From the human T2T-CHM13v2.0 reference genome, Homo sapiens: a DNA stretch of 64,000 nucleotides. Positions 38,825 to 52,294 of the stretch are shown here, piece by piece. The stretch's first letter is position 1; every line of letters begins with the position of its first letter. The DNA lies in the NCBI RefSeq assembly GCF_009914755.1, contig NC_060929.1. One strand, given 5' to 3'. A model generated the notes under the pieces. The model was not told the DNA's origin. It saw nothing but the letters and a program-made list of their open reading frames with translations, and ran no database searches. The position numbers and the translations under genes were made by a program.

Positions 38825-40121
38825 TGATCAATTTTTTAACCTGAATGCATACACGGACATTTATTTCATTGTTGTATTGACCCTCAAATGTATTTTAGAA
38901 TTATTCTCTTGTATACATTCAACAACTAATTAAAAAGAAGTATCATCTTGTCTAGTGCCTTCATTTTAAAGAGTTTGGTGCTATGAAACATAATTTTAAA
39001 AAGCAGATTTGTGACAGTCTCAGATATGAGCTCAGGTATTCTGACTTGAAGGTCAACAGTGATAACATACAATGGTGTCTTTTAAAATGCAGCCTTCAAT
39101 CTAAATTATCTAGAAAAGTAGAAGATCGTTGTTATTTAATGATTTCAGTGGAGCTTGTCTTTTCTCAATTATCAAAGTTAAACATCAAAGAAGGAACAAA
39201 AATGACACCAGTAGTAATTAGAAGCTTTTCTTGAGGGAATATAGTAAGAAATCAATTAAGGTATTTTTAAAATTAGAAGTGATCTGAACTATTCACAGCA
39301 AAAGTCATTGTTACCACAGACACAGAAAGCAAATTATAAGTGATTGTATAATGACACATAAGCTTAGTAATAATTTAACCAATGAATATTTCCTAGATGA
39401 GTTAAATAGACAGGGGAGAGTAGATATACTCTTTATCTTCAGGAACTTTTTTACATTCTGGTCATCTCTTTTCTGTAAAGTGCCTATATCAACAAAATTA
39501 GTGTTTTTTTCCTTTATATCTTATTTACATGAAATTTTTTTAAAAAATTAAGCAATTCCCCAATTGTTCCCTTTTCTATCCTATAGTGTTCATGGACTAT
39601 TATACTATACCAATGAAGGAAATAATTTTTCTTACAACAGCTAAAAGGCATATATTTTTAAGAAGTTTATAAGCAGAAAAGAGGTAAATGTCATAGGGGA
39701 CAATTATTCAGAAGAAGAGAGGAAAAAAGGCAGGTATGGACAAAATATTATCTATTCTGGAATGTGCAAGAGAACATGGTGGTTTTTCTTTTCAATATAT
39801 TAAGGAGACTAATCAGAAAAATTAGTCAACCCAAGGCAGCGGACAACAGGGTTTAAGAGAAATTGATAATACTAGAAACTCAGGAGGCATTTCTGGAACT
39901 TGCTCATCCAAATTCAGAGTTGAACAAATGAGGTAAACTATCTTTATATATAAGATGTATTTATTTGTTAGGATAGATGTTCAGTTGCCATACTGATGAG
40001 GCCAAAATATACTGCAGCATTAGTAAGACAGCAATTTGTTTCCCTCTCATGTGGTCTAGACCACATTGTCATTTAGGGACAAAAAAAAAAAAATTCAGCC
40101 ATTTGACTGCTAAGCTATTAA

Positions 40122-40467
<346 letters not shown>

Positions 40468-40849
40468 AGGATGTTATTTCTTAATCTGTGTGGTAAAAGC
40501 TGGTATGTTGCCAAGTCCAAGACTCAGCCTATACAAAGATGAAAAGCAAGAAAGGTTTTTAAGAATACCTGCAGATTATACCTGTATTTTCTGCTCCAGA
40601 TCATCTGTAGACACTTAGACTCACAGCCAGCTCCAAGGAATACTAGGAATAGGAAATGTAGAATTTTGCTATGTGCCAAATACTAAGGCTTTAACATAGG
40701 GTATACATTACTATTGGAAAAGAGGAGAACTTTGTGTGGAAGGAATTCAGATAGGAGCAATTGCCTCACAGGGCCAGTGAGTTAAGAGGAATGTGACCTT
40801 GAATCCTGTATGCTTATTTTCCTGATTAGAATCCTACGTACATTTCTCA

Positions 40850-41270
40850 CTGTGTTTGTTAGCATACCTAACTTTAGTGCAGTTATGATCACAAAATCTC
40901 CATGGTTTATCACAACTAAACTTTGTGTCTACTTCACTGACCAGTGCAAATTAACAGGGCAGGGCATGGGTGGTGGTTCTGCTCCATCTAGTCATTCTGG
41001 AGTATAGGTTTCTATCAAGCAACTCTGTCTAACACTAGACTCCAGGAGTCTTCAGTTAAATCTTCTATCTTGCAGCTGAAATTAAGTTTGGAGGATTGCA
41101 TAATCATTTTGTGTATTAGCTGTAGATATGGTATACATCATGTCCATTGGTGTTTCACTGGCCAGCACTCAGTCACATGGTTACACCTGTAAGGGGTCCT
41201 GAAAATGTAGTCTGTGGTACCCAGGATGAAATCAGAAACAATTTGCTGATCAGCCACCAGATTTGCTATA
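40850..41270. mobile_element. Old MLT1-type LTR remnant
   Basis: cactggccagcactcagtcacatggttacacc...gaaaatgtagtct resembles old MLT1 LTRs. Confidence 0.45.
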
Positions 41271-41471
41271 TGTAGTATACTCTAGTACATATTATTAAAA
41301 TTATACTAATGATGCAGAGCTGCAATATAATATTCTGCTTGTGATGTTAAAATTAAATTAATTCCAATTTATACCAAAGTACATTTTAAACTATTAATTA
41401 TACTACTTGTCTTTCACAGCTACTATCATTATTTTTAAAACATTCTTATTCTTAGAATAGATATTTATTCT

Positions 41472-41528
41472 TATAATAGATGCATAAGAAAGGATGGCTA
41501 TAATAGATGCATAAGAAATGATGCCTAT
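41472..41528 (+). repeat. 27-bp tandem duplication
   Basis: tataatagatgcataagaaaggatggc / tataatagatgcataagaaatgatgcc. Confidence 0.9.
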
Positions 41529-42694
41529 CTATATTTAAATATAGATATCTTAGGAGAGCAAAAACATTTTTGTGAAATGTAGCACAAAGAAAATGAATTT
41601 CTAAGTTTCTATCACCCATAATATGCAGTGAAAATAACTTTTGTTTCATGGTGCTCATGATTTTCTTTTCTCTATTAAATAATCAAAGGTTTTTACAAAA
41701 GCAATATAGCCAAGAAGTATTTATTCCATTTAAAATACTCAAGATAGGGTTAACGTTACAAAATATATATTTTTTATCAAATATTTCCACCAAATACGAT
41801 TCCACAAGATACTACTTTATCTTTACTATTTAACTTAATAGAAACTTTGATGATAAATGTCTCTCTGAAAGTGTTCCTTTAATAATTATTAATTTTGCAT
41901 ATACTTAACAATGAGGTCCCCAAATGGTAAAACAAAAGCCATTAGAATATGCAAAGTAATACAGATGAAGAAAATAAACTATATGATTGATTGCTGAAAT
42001 ATAAGCTAAAGTATGGTTATCCTATTTTCTGGGCCTCCAAATGAACATCAGAACAAAACATAGTTGCAATAACTTTGCTGCATTTCTTCCTTATAGAAAA
42101 CTTGTTGTTTCCCCTTGAATTGATGTACAATATTTACTTTTGTTGCTGACTGCAGCAGTTTGTTCCATCTCATTAATTCAAGGAATAAGAAACATCAAGG
42201 AACATCAGGAACATCATTAATCTGAAGACCATTTCTGCCCATGCCTAAGCGAAGCTATTAAAGATATTTCAAGATCCAACTAAAATAGTTATTAAAAAGC
42301 CTAACCACTATGTCTCAATTTATTTTCCAAGATAATTGTAACATCTTTGTCTTGGATCATGGGCTGATACATGTCTTTGGGTTTCATTTGCTATATTATT
42401 TTCACAGCAAGGTAAAGGGAAAATTTAAATCACAATCAAAAACACTTAAAAAATTCAAGCTAAGTTTTAGAATCCTCTAATAGATCATAATATAGTCCTG
42501 GTAGAAGGCATGCTTTATTTGGCATCATTAGGCAACAGGTTTCGTCTTTCTGTCTTGTCTAGTATATGCTAAGCAGAAAATTCAATTATTTTTCCATATT
42601 ATTTTTTAAAAATAATTATATATTAACATGACTAAGAAATGCAACAGTACACTACAAGTTATATATGTGAGCGAATAACACATACTTTAAAAAA

Positions 42695-43335
42695 TTATTT
42701 TTATAATTGACCAATAAAAATGTATATATTTATGCTGTATTACACGTTTTGAAATCTATGTAAATTGTGAAATGTCTAAATCAAGCTATTAACATGTGCA
42801 TTACTTCACATACTTATTTTTTTGTTGTGGTGACATTTGAAATCTATTCTTTCAGGAAGTTTTAAGTATACTATACATTGTTACTCATTACAGTCACCAT
42901 ATGTAGAATAGATCTCTTAAGCTTATTCTTCTTAACTGAATTTTTTTTACCCTTTGTCCAATGTCACCCTGATACCCCCAGCAACTCCCTTGAGCCCCTG
43001 GTAAGCTCCATTCTACTCTCTCCTTCCACAAGTTTCACTTTTTAGATTGAATATATGTGAGATCCAGGGATATTTGTCTTCCTGTGTCTGGCTTATTTCA
43101 CTTAATATATTCCAGGTTCACACATGTTGTTGTCAGTGACAGAATTTCCATACTACATTTTTTTTATCCATTTATCTGTTTGTGAGCATTTGGGTTGATT
43201 TCATAACTTGGCTATCGTGAATTGTGCTATGATAATCATAGGAGTGCAGATATATCTTTGACATATTGATTTTATATCCTTTGAGTGTATACCCAATAGT
43301 GAAATTGCTGGATCATAGATAGTTTTATTTTTTTT
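42695..43335 (-). mobile_element. L1MA (~MA8-like) 3' end
   Basis: aaatcaagctattaacatgtgcattacttcacatacttatt; ggagtgcagatatatctttgacatattgattt. Confidence 0.85.
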
Positions 43336-43604
43336 TCTGTCCAGAGTGATGATTAGTTTAATTTTAAATGGTAGCACAGGAAGATACACACATGCTCATG
43401 CACACACACACACATACACAAACACACATTTATTTGTTAAATTTTCAGATGTGAACAGGGTTAAAAATAACTAGTTCTAACATAGTGGCCCCTTTTTCCT
43501 GTTTTTGGAGTTCATTGATATTCGGGCTAAATATATTCTTTTTTTTTGTAGTTAGAAATTTCAGTAACTTTTTTCTATTTTTTTCTACATTTTTATATGT
43601 GACT

Positions 43605-43857
43605 CAAGGTACAAGAATGGCTCAGGCTTTGAGACCAATCTGGGCAACATAGTGAGACCCTGTCTTAGCAAAAACTAGAAACCATTAGCTGACCAAAGTG
43701 GCACATGCTTGTATTCTTAGTCACTCAGGAGGCTGGGGTGGGAAGGCCACTTGACCAGGAGGTCAAGGCCACAGTGAGCCATTATCTTGCTACTGCACTC
43801 CAGCCTGGGTGACAGAGCAAGACCCTGTCTCAAAAAAATAAAAATAAAATAAAAAAA
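43605..43857 (+). mobile_element. Diverged, 5'-truncated AluJ
   Basis: tttgagaccaatctgggcaacatagtgagaccctgtc...ggaggtcaaggccacagtgagcc...gacagagcaagaccctgtctc plus A-rich tail. Confidence 0.9.
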
Positions 43858-43985
43858 TTGGTAAGATAGTAAATTGATGTTAAGTATATTTTACTACAAT
43901 TAAAAATTAAAAAATATAAAGCATCATTCAAACACACACAATTTTCTTTTCTTACATTTCTATAGGTTGTAAGTCCAACATGTGT
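43854..43985 (+). repeat. Dispersed ~132-bp duplicate of 25252-25386
   Basis: Manual alignment gives about 7 differences over ~135 bp and spans the L1MB/MLT1 junction. Confidence 0.95.
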
Positions 43986-44999
43986 GACCTTTTCCAAGTT
44001 CAGACTCTTGCAATGGAAATACTTACACTTCTATCGAGTCCTTGTATTTTCTGATTGTTGCAAGATTTGCATGACTCTTGTATTTGATCTGCACCACTGT
44101 GGAAATGATGAAGAAACTGTCGGTGTTAGTGACTGCTGGGAAACTTTGCCTGCAGGCTATGGTATGAAAGGACAGGAATAGGAGTAAGATAGAAGTCCTC
44201 TGAAAAAAAAAATAACAATTGAAAAGTGAGGGCAGAGACGCCAGTATTTGGCAGCAGATCCCACTAGTTTAGTATTTATAACCCAATCTGCTGGAGTTTA
44301 TGAGGTAGAAGAGTGAAAAATGTGAGACTCTGATTATGGCTAAAACAAAAGACGAATGTCTCATCTGATTTACAAGACTTATAGGCCAATAAAGCCAATG
44401 TAAGAAATATCATCCTTTAAAAACGAATAAATGTTCATGTATGAGTTTGATCTCTAAACATGATCTTTTCTGAGAAATAAATTTGAAATTTTCAGCCACT
44501 TGTGTTTGCTTACATTCTCTACAATATATTTACTTGATGTTGGGAGGTGTAAGATAATCATAATACTAGTCATCAAATCTAATGGATGTTTGATGTTGAA
44601 AGGCAACTTCACTTGGCACTGACACAATACTGAAGAGATGACTGGAAAATAGATACCATATTACTCCTGTCACATACTCTTTCGAAATGTAAAGTTTATT
44701 TTGCACATTTCCCAGTATTGATTCTAAAACTGAGAGTTATTGTCCCTTGCCTTATATAGAGAATGATTGATTGAAGTATGAAATAAAAATGGGGTGACTT
44801 GGAAATTTTATAATCATTTCCATGTTTCCATTTTAAAAATTTAATTATATAAACTTACAATTAAGCAAATTATAGAAAAAACAAGGAAAATATTTAAAAC
44901 TCATTTTTCCTAATTATTTAACTATATTTTACTATCACATATGGTCTTGACGTTATATACATTTATTTTGTCAATATGGTAAAAATCCTGTACTACAAG

Positions 45000-45332
<333 letters not shown>

Positions 45333-45898
45333 TTACTTCACATCTCAACATTCCATTCAGAGATGTCATGTTGGTGGTATATAACTGGCCATTGCAAGAC
45401 TGTTTAAAGCATGCAAATTGTCAAATGCTGCGAATCAGTTACTGATTTATTGCTTTCTTAATTGTCTCTTGGTTTAAGAAAGTGATGGATAAAATGATGG
45501 AGAAAACAGTAATGCAGCTAGAACTATAGCTGCATTGAAGATAACACAAAAAATGAGGAAATTTTCTACTAGCATTCAAAAAGGGTTACTGACGTATCAA
45601 AGAAGGAACTCACATCATTGACTAATAAGAGAAGTTCTGACATGTTTTCATGGTTTTACTTTTGTCTTGTCATTAACATAGACAAAAATACCAACCAGCA
45701 TTCTTGTCAAAAATGCACTTGTTTGTCAATGAGATGAGAGGCTAGTAAGTTGAGTTGGATAGTGATTAAACATTTATTCTTAGCCTGAATTTGAGACATT
45801 ACTGTTTGTAATATAAATATTAAACAGAGGAATTTGGGAGAAATAGCAATTCAATCTGAAGTTATAAAGTTATGGAATTTTCAATAAAGAATAATGTG

Positions 45899-46196
45899 GG
45901 CTGGGCATGGATCACCACTGTAATCCTAGCACTTTGGGAGGCTTAAGGAGGAGGATTGCTTGAGTCCAGAAGTTTTTGACCAGCCTGGGGGCAACATAGG
46001 AACACTCCCATCTCTACAAAAAAAATTAAAAAATTAGCCGGGCATGATGGTGTGTGGCTGTAGTTCCAGCTACTCAGGAGACTGATGTGGGAGGATAGCT
46101 TGAGCCTGGGAGACTCAGGTTGCAGTGAACCATGATGGTGCCACTGCACTCAGGCCGGGGCAACTGAGCGAGACTCAGTCTCTAAAAAAAAGAAAA
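45899..46196 (+). mobile_element. AluJ
   Basis: ggaggattgcttgag, ggaggatagcttgagcctggg, gtgaaccatgatggtgccactgcact (J diagnostics). Confidence 0.93.
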
Positions 46197-46281
46197 GGAA
46201 GAATGCATGTTTTATTATTGTTTGTAAACTGTGTTACAAGACTTTTAGATTAGTGAACTTCATAATAAATGAATATGTGTG

Positions 46282-46363
46282 TATTAATATTATTATACTT
46301 TATAATATTATATATATTATATATATATAATATATATATAATATTAATATAATAATATTAATA
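46282..46363. repeat. ~82-bp AT-only near-palindrome
   Basis: Outer arms tattaatattattata / tataataatattaata (perfect 16 bp); inner (TA)n palindrome. Confidence 0.9.
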
Positions 46364-46649
46364 TTATTCCAAAGTTATGAATAAAAGAATGGCAAGATCT
46401 GGCTAATACCTTAAAATACTAATTTTCTGCTACTGCATTGAGAAAAATAGACTTATGTTTATCATCTAGCATTAATTGTTTCTTTATTTTATTTTGAGGC
46501 ATATATGACTCAAAAAAAAAAAAGAACACATTTGCTTGCCAGTTCTTGTGGTGAGCTGTGCCCATATGATTAAATTCTGACCAATGGGTGGAAGTAAAGG
46601 GCACACCATTCAGATTGTGACCTTTGAAAGGAGTAGTATGTGTTTCTAT

Positions 46650-46720
46650 TTCTGTTTTACAGATGCAGAAACTGAGCTAGGTGTGTGTAAGTAACTTGCC
46701 ATATGTTATGCAATCAGTAA
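46650..46720. mobile_element. MIR fragment, preceded by a possible MLT1 scrap at ~46530-46610
   Basis: ttttacagatgcagaaactgag...aagtaacttgcc. Confidence 0.65.
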
Positions 46721-48377
46721 ACAACAAACGTGATTTCAAACTTAGGTGGCCTCCCTCTAGAATTTGTGCTCGATGGCACTATAAAATAGTGCCTTATAGT
46801 GTGTAGGGATTTTTTAACACCTATATGTGTGAGAGGGTGGTTTGAAATTGGTTGAGGATTGAAATGTAAAGTACATATTTTAAGCAGTCTATACATGTTG
46901 TATGAAAAATGAAGATGGGTGAAGTAGACAGACAGATTAATGACTTGTTCTATGGATCAGGTACTGATGCAAAATATGTAGAATTCTTTGCCTTACCTTA
47001 TCCTTCAGCGTGTGCATGTGTTTGTGTCTATGTGTTTGTATACATAGATACACACATATTCACATATATGTATATGCATATGTACATTGTATATGTGTAC
47101 ATCTATGTATTGGTGATAAACTTGAAAATTTCAAAAATACATATGCCTAAATGAATATTTTTCTGCCTATGCTTAATTTATGTAATTCTTATTCAGCATT
47201 CTTGAAACTACTTGTCTAAGTCTTAAGAATGTTATAATTCAAAATTACAAGAAAATAACTTAGTTGGCTTTGTTTCCGGAAAATTATAAAGACATGCTTG
47301 GAACTATTAAGTGATTTAAAAACTACCAGAATTCACAGCTATTTTCCCATAAAACATAAAGAATTAGAAGCAAAAGTGGATCTTGCCTTTTTGAATGATA
47401 AATAAGAGCCTCTGAATTCCAAGTCCTTTACATTTGCTTTCTGTAGGCTCAGCATAATCACTGCCAACACTGTGAAAATATGAAATAGTTCAAGAAACTT
47501 TATATAAAAACCTGTCAATAATTTAATTTGTAGATAAGATGAAACCAGGAGAGGAGCAAAAATTGACAAGATTTCTGAAAGAACACTATATGGTTATGAA
47601 ATGCCAAACTCTAAAACTTAAAAAGCATGTTAGCAGAGTTTTAAAGTTACTATAGCTATCATACTTTAATTTATTTTAATGTGTACCTCTCTGTTGCCAC
47701 AAATGACTTCAATTGGTAGACAGAGTTTGACAAGCCTATTTCAGCATCAGAACAGCAATGAAGAATAGCTTATGTCAAAGAGAGAGTTATCGAAGCACCC
47801 TCTTTTGTAAAACTTCAAATTGGATGAGAAATTTTAGGGAAGAAGAGTTCAATATTTCTCCAAAGCACTGAAGCTGTTTTTATAGAATCATTGAAAAAGT
47901 AGAGCATAGACCCTGTGAAATATAGCAATGGTAAAATGTGTGAATTCCTATGAAAAGGGGAAAGCACTTTTTGCAAGATAGAGCTGTTATGGTGTAGAGT
48001 TTTATAAAGTTGCTTCTATAGTCAGATCTCACTAAAATTATATATTGGTCCCTTAATCGTCACGAGAGATCTGACAAATTGCTTAAAATCTCTTAGCAAT
48101 TTATCTGGGTAATTTTAAGAATTAAAACAAATTCCAGGTAAAATATTTAACAGGGTTTTAAACACATAGTAGAAGAACCTCAGTGAAATGATGAACTACA
48201 ATGTAATGGTGACATTCGGATTAGTTAAATTCGATGTGATAGAGTTGAACTGTTGTAGTCGAAATAATATTTGTGAGTTTACTAAGAAATAAAGAAGTTC
48301 TGAAGGAAACAGTAGTGGTCAAAGATTTTAAAACACCCAGTAATAGAAGGCACACTTTATTTCAGGATGCCATTTAG

Positions 48378-48577
48378 GTTCAAATATAGAGTTTTCTAAA
48401 GATTCAAAAGCCAATTACCTTACTAATTACTGCAGTAGGATTATCAAGTATACTTTCTAGATATTATTAAATTATTATTGTTCAAATATAGAGTTTTCTA
48501 AAGATTCAAAAGCCAATTACCTTAGTAATTACTACAGGAGGATTATCAAATATATTTTCCAGATATTTATTATTAAA
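48378..48577 (+). repeat. Tandem duplication, 2 x ~102 bp
   Basis: gttcaaatatagagttttctaaagattcaaaagccaattacctta at 48378 and 48480. Confidence 0.96.
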
Positions 48578-49109
48578 TGGCCCAGATAAGCAAAAATGGC
48601 TATGAAATAAGTTTAGTGTTATATACAGGTACAGATAAAATGAAAATAAAATCATTTATTAAATGTTGTTAAACTCAATTTATACTTCTGAATGTCCCAT
48701 GCATACTGAACTCAAAAACATAGAGCATGCTCATAGAGCAACCACTTTTGTTCTGGACAATGTTTTAGATTTCATAAGAGCACTAGGGCTTTGAATGAAG
48801 TGGGTAAGGGTACACAGAAGTGAACTTGAGGAAAACACAGGAATGTCATCCTTATAGATGACTTATTTGAATGGCATTTATTTATTTTTATGGTTTTACA
48901 TATAACATCTCTCATCTCTCTGTAGCTTTCTTTTTAGAAAGTTATCACAAAGAAATTATAAATGCAAAAGATTTTTGGTTTCTTTGCAATGTATTTTCTC
49001 TAGTGATTACCTGTATGTGTGTAAATATGTGTGGACACACATATAGACATACATCACACAGACACATATAGAATTTTGGAAGAATTGACATAAAAGAGTA
49101 AATAAAACC

Positions 49110-49400
49110 AATATCAGGATTTTATTCAGATGCAAGCAAAGTAAACTTAAACTGTCAGCTTAAATAAATAACGGCTTTATGTGTCTCACACAAGAAAAAG
49201 ACAGATGTAGGAAACCCGGTGTTAGCACATTGAATTAAGTTCTCAGGACCCTTTTCTTGCAGTTTCTGCTTATGGCTCATTTTTTAGAACTGGAGCCTTG
49301 ACTGTCCCACCTGCAAGAGTAGGAGAAGGTAAATATTTAAGCATCTGTCATCATTATAATAAGAGGAAATCAAAGGAGAATTTGGATGCGGATGATTTGG
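49110..49400. mobile_element. Possible old MLT1 LTR remnant
   Basis: tcaggattttattcagatgcaagcaa..aactgtcagcttaaataaataa..tttatgtgtctcacacaa resembles MLT1K/L-type ends. Confidence 0.4.
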
Positions 49401-50778
49401 GATAGCCAATCATCATGTGTGCCAAAATATTTACGTACTTCAAAATTCTGGAAGGATTTCATTATTTCTTGAAGTGAAATGCATAAACCATTTTGCATTA
49501 GTTTAGCTACCATGACTATAATTGAAATATTAAATAATAATATAAAATTAATTGAAATGGAAACCAAAGACATTTTATTGTATTTATAGGTATATTTTTA
49601 TTCCAAAGCGTATTGGTAACAAACATTTAATATTTGTCAAGGAAGATGATTGTAATGTACTTTTTGAAAATAAAAAAACTATATTAGTATTCTGATTATT
49701 TCAACAATTATGTAGGATAGTTAAAGAAGATACTTAATTATTATAATTAAAAATCTTTAAAGGATTGTCCAATTGTCACTGACATCATTAAATATTTAAT
49801 AGTGTGAAAATTATTTAATGATGATCTATTTCTTCCATTATAGTTCACAACTGAAATCTCATATCTGTAAAACTCTGCAACAACTAGTTATTTTAATACC
49901 CAGTCACTAATACTAATGAGCAAAGACTTAAAGTCTGACTACATATGTCTCAGTCATTAACACTTTGCTAGTTTTCACTACTTTTAGCAACCTATTCCAT
50001 CTATGTGGAAGAAGTAAGCAGTGAGTATTTTATGGTTTTCTCATCTGCTTCACTCGTGGCTAAATAAATTGAATGTATTAGGCAAAATGTGGTAGAGAAA
50101 AAATTATTTAATTTGTCAAATTGTTTGGAATTAAAGAAAAATCTTTGCTAATTTCTGCTAGATTTGATGAAAAAAAATAGCTGTGTTTTGCAGAACAGCA
50201 AGAGAGATTTTTGGTGCTTCTGTGAATACATGGGGAGACATCAGATGAGAATAAAAATACAAGAATTTGAGGGACACTGAATATCTCAGGCCTTGAGGTG
50301 GGTGTTGGGCCTTCTTGGTTACAACTCTAATTTTGAAATACTTGCTGTGAGTGGAACTAGGGCAGAAATTGATTGAGGGAGTTGAGTTTTATACACAATA
50401 GTTCAGTCAGAGGAAGAAAAAGACTAATAATCACAGCAGAAGCCAGATGTACAGGTAAGCATCAGCTCACACTTTAATAACATAAATTTAAAGAAAATTG
50501 ACTTTGAGAGTTGAGATTATTTGCCCTTAGTGTAATAAATTGCATGCTCTTGATCTGAAGATAATATACCTTCTAATAGCAGCAAATAATGTTTGCTCAA
50601 AGAGTTCCTTTATTTAAACAAATTAAATGGGCTGAATTTTCCCAAACTGCAAACCCAGACTTCCACAGGCTTCAATAGCAGATGCTGAAAACATTTAGAA
50701 TATTGATAGAGAAAACACACTGGAAAATTAAGAAATTTCATTCTTAGTTAAATTTCAATATCATATTTTCTCACATAG

Positions 50779-51695
50779 TGTGGTAGGCTGAATAATGCCC
50801 CCCTCCCAAAATATTCATGTCCTAATCCCTCGAACCTGTGAAAATGCCACCTTACATGGTTTTGCAGGTATGATTAAGGATCTTGAGATGGGAGATTATT
50901 TCAGATTATCTGAGTAGGCCCAACATAATTACAATCATAAGGATCTTTACAAGAGGGGAGTAAAGAGTCAGAGTCAACAAAAATATGAGATGAAGGCTGA
51001 TACGGTTTGGATGTTTGTCCCCTCCAAATCTCGTTGCAATGTGACCTCCAGTATTGGAGGATGGCCTAGTGGGAGATGTTTGGTTCATGGAAGTGAAGTC
51101 CTCCTTAATGGCTTGATACTGTCCTCATGATAATGAGTGAGTGCTCACTCTGAGTTCAGGTGAGATTGGGTTGTTTAAAAGAGGATGACATATCCGCCTT
51201 CTCTCCTGCTCCCTTCTGTCTTGCTTCCTCTCTCACCATGAGATACATCTGCTTTCCCTTTCCCCTCTGACATGAGTGGAAGTTTCCTGAAGCCCTCAGC
51301 AGAAGCAGATGCTAGTGCCATGCTTCTTGTACAGCCTGCAGAACTATAAGCCGTATAAACCTCTTACTTTATAATTACCCAGCCTCAGCTACTCCTTTAT
51401 AGCAACACAACAGGGACTAGCAGAGTAGCAGAGGTCACAGAGGTAAGAAGATGTTACATTACATGCTTTAAACATGGAGGAAGAGGCCACAAGCTAAGGA
51501 ATGTGGGTGGTCTGTAGAAGATGGAAAAGGTACGAAAATGGATTATTTCCTGGAGTCTTCATGAAGAACATGGTCCTGCCAACACCTTGATTTTAAGACT
51601 TCTGACCTCTAGAATTGTTAAGATAATAAATTTGTGGTGTGTTTAGCCACAAAGCTTGTGGTAACATGTTACAGCAACAATAAGAAATTGATACA
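50779..51695 (+). mobile_element. MLT1D solo LTR interrupted by MSTB
   Basis: tgtggtaggctgaataatg...gttacagcaacaataagaaattgataca; perfect TSD catag at 50774-50778 and 51696-51700. Confidence 0.93.
50998..51424 (+). mobile_element. MSTB-type solo LTR nested in MLT1D
   Basis: tgatacggtttggatgtttgtcccctccaaatctc...gaagcagatgctagtgccatgcttcttgtacagcctgcagaac. Confidence 0.9.
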
Positions 51696-51832
51696 CATAG
51701 TATTTTGAGATTATTTAGAACACTAAAAATTAACTAGTATATGTGCTTCATCTTGTATTCCAAAATTTATTTATTTCCTTGCCAAGTTTAGGTGCATCCG
51801 GATTTGTGTGACAATGAAAGGAAAAGTTTATT

Positions 51833-51833
51833 T

Positions 51834-51876
<43 letters not shown>
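51833..51876. repeat. (TTTA)~11 tetranucleotide microsatellite
   Basis: Direct read; no adjacent Alu body. Confidence 0.95.
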
Positions 51877-51938
51877 CTGTAACATATTCTTCTCCAACAC
51901 ATGTACTTATTGGCAAGGTGTGGTACATCATTGGAATT

Positions 51939-52294
51939 TGATATGGTTTGGCTCTGTGTCTCCACCCAAATCTCATCTCAAATTGTAATATGTGTCAGGA
52001 TAGGGACTAGGTGGGAGGTGATTAGATCATTGGGGTGGTTTCCCCCATGCTCTTCTCTTGTGAACCAGTGAGCTCCCACAAGATCTGATGCTTTTATAAG
52101 CATCTGGCATTTCCCCTGCTCACTTCTCTTTTACCTGCCACCAGGTAAGATGTGCCTCTTCCCTTCTGCCATGATTGTAAGTTTCATGAGGCCTCCCTAG
52201 CCATGTGGAACTGTGAGTCAATTAAACCCCTTTTCTTTATAAATTAGCCAGTCTCAGGTATGACTTTATAGCAGTGTGAAAATGGACTAATACA
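51939..52294 (+). mobile_element. THE1 (C/D-like) solo LTR
   Basis: tgatatggtttggctctgtgtctccacccaaatctcatc...gtgaaaatggactaataca; TSD gaatt/gcatt. Confidence 0.93.

Noticed and set aside
43605-43985. Alu-mediated 3' transduction as the origin of the duplicated segment
   Set aside because: There is no Alu at the donor site, no polyA after the copied segment and no convincing long TSD; the Alu is far more diverged than the copy.
47680-47870. Possible hAT transposase C-terminal remnant (IRTAMKNSLCQ...EEFN)
   Set aside because: The resemblance covers a few residues and is not distinguishable from chance without a Dfam or tBLASTn search.
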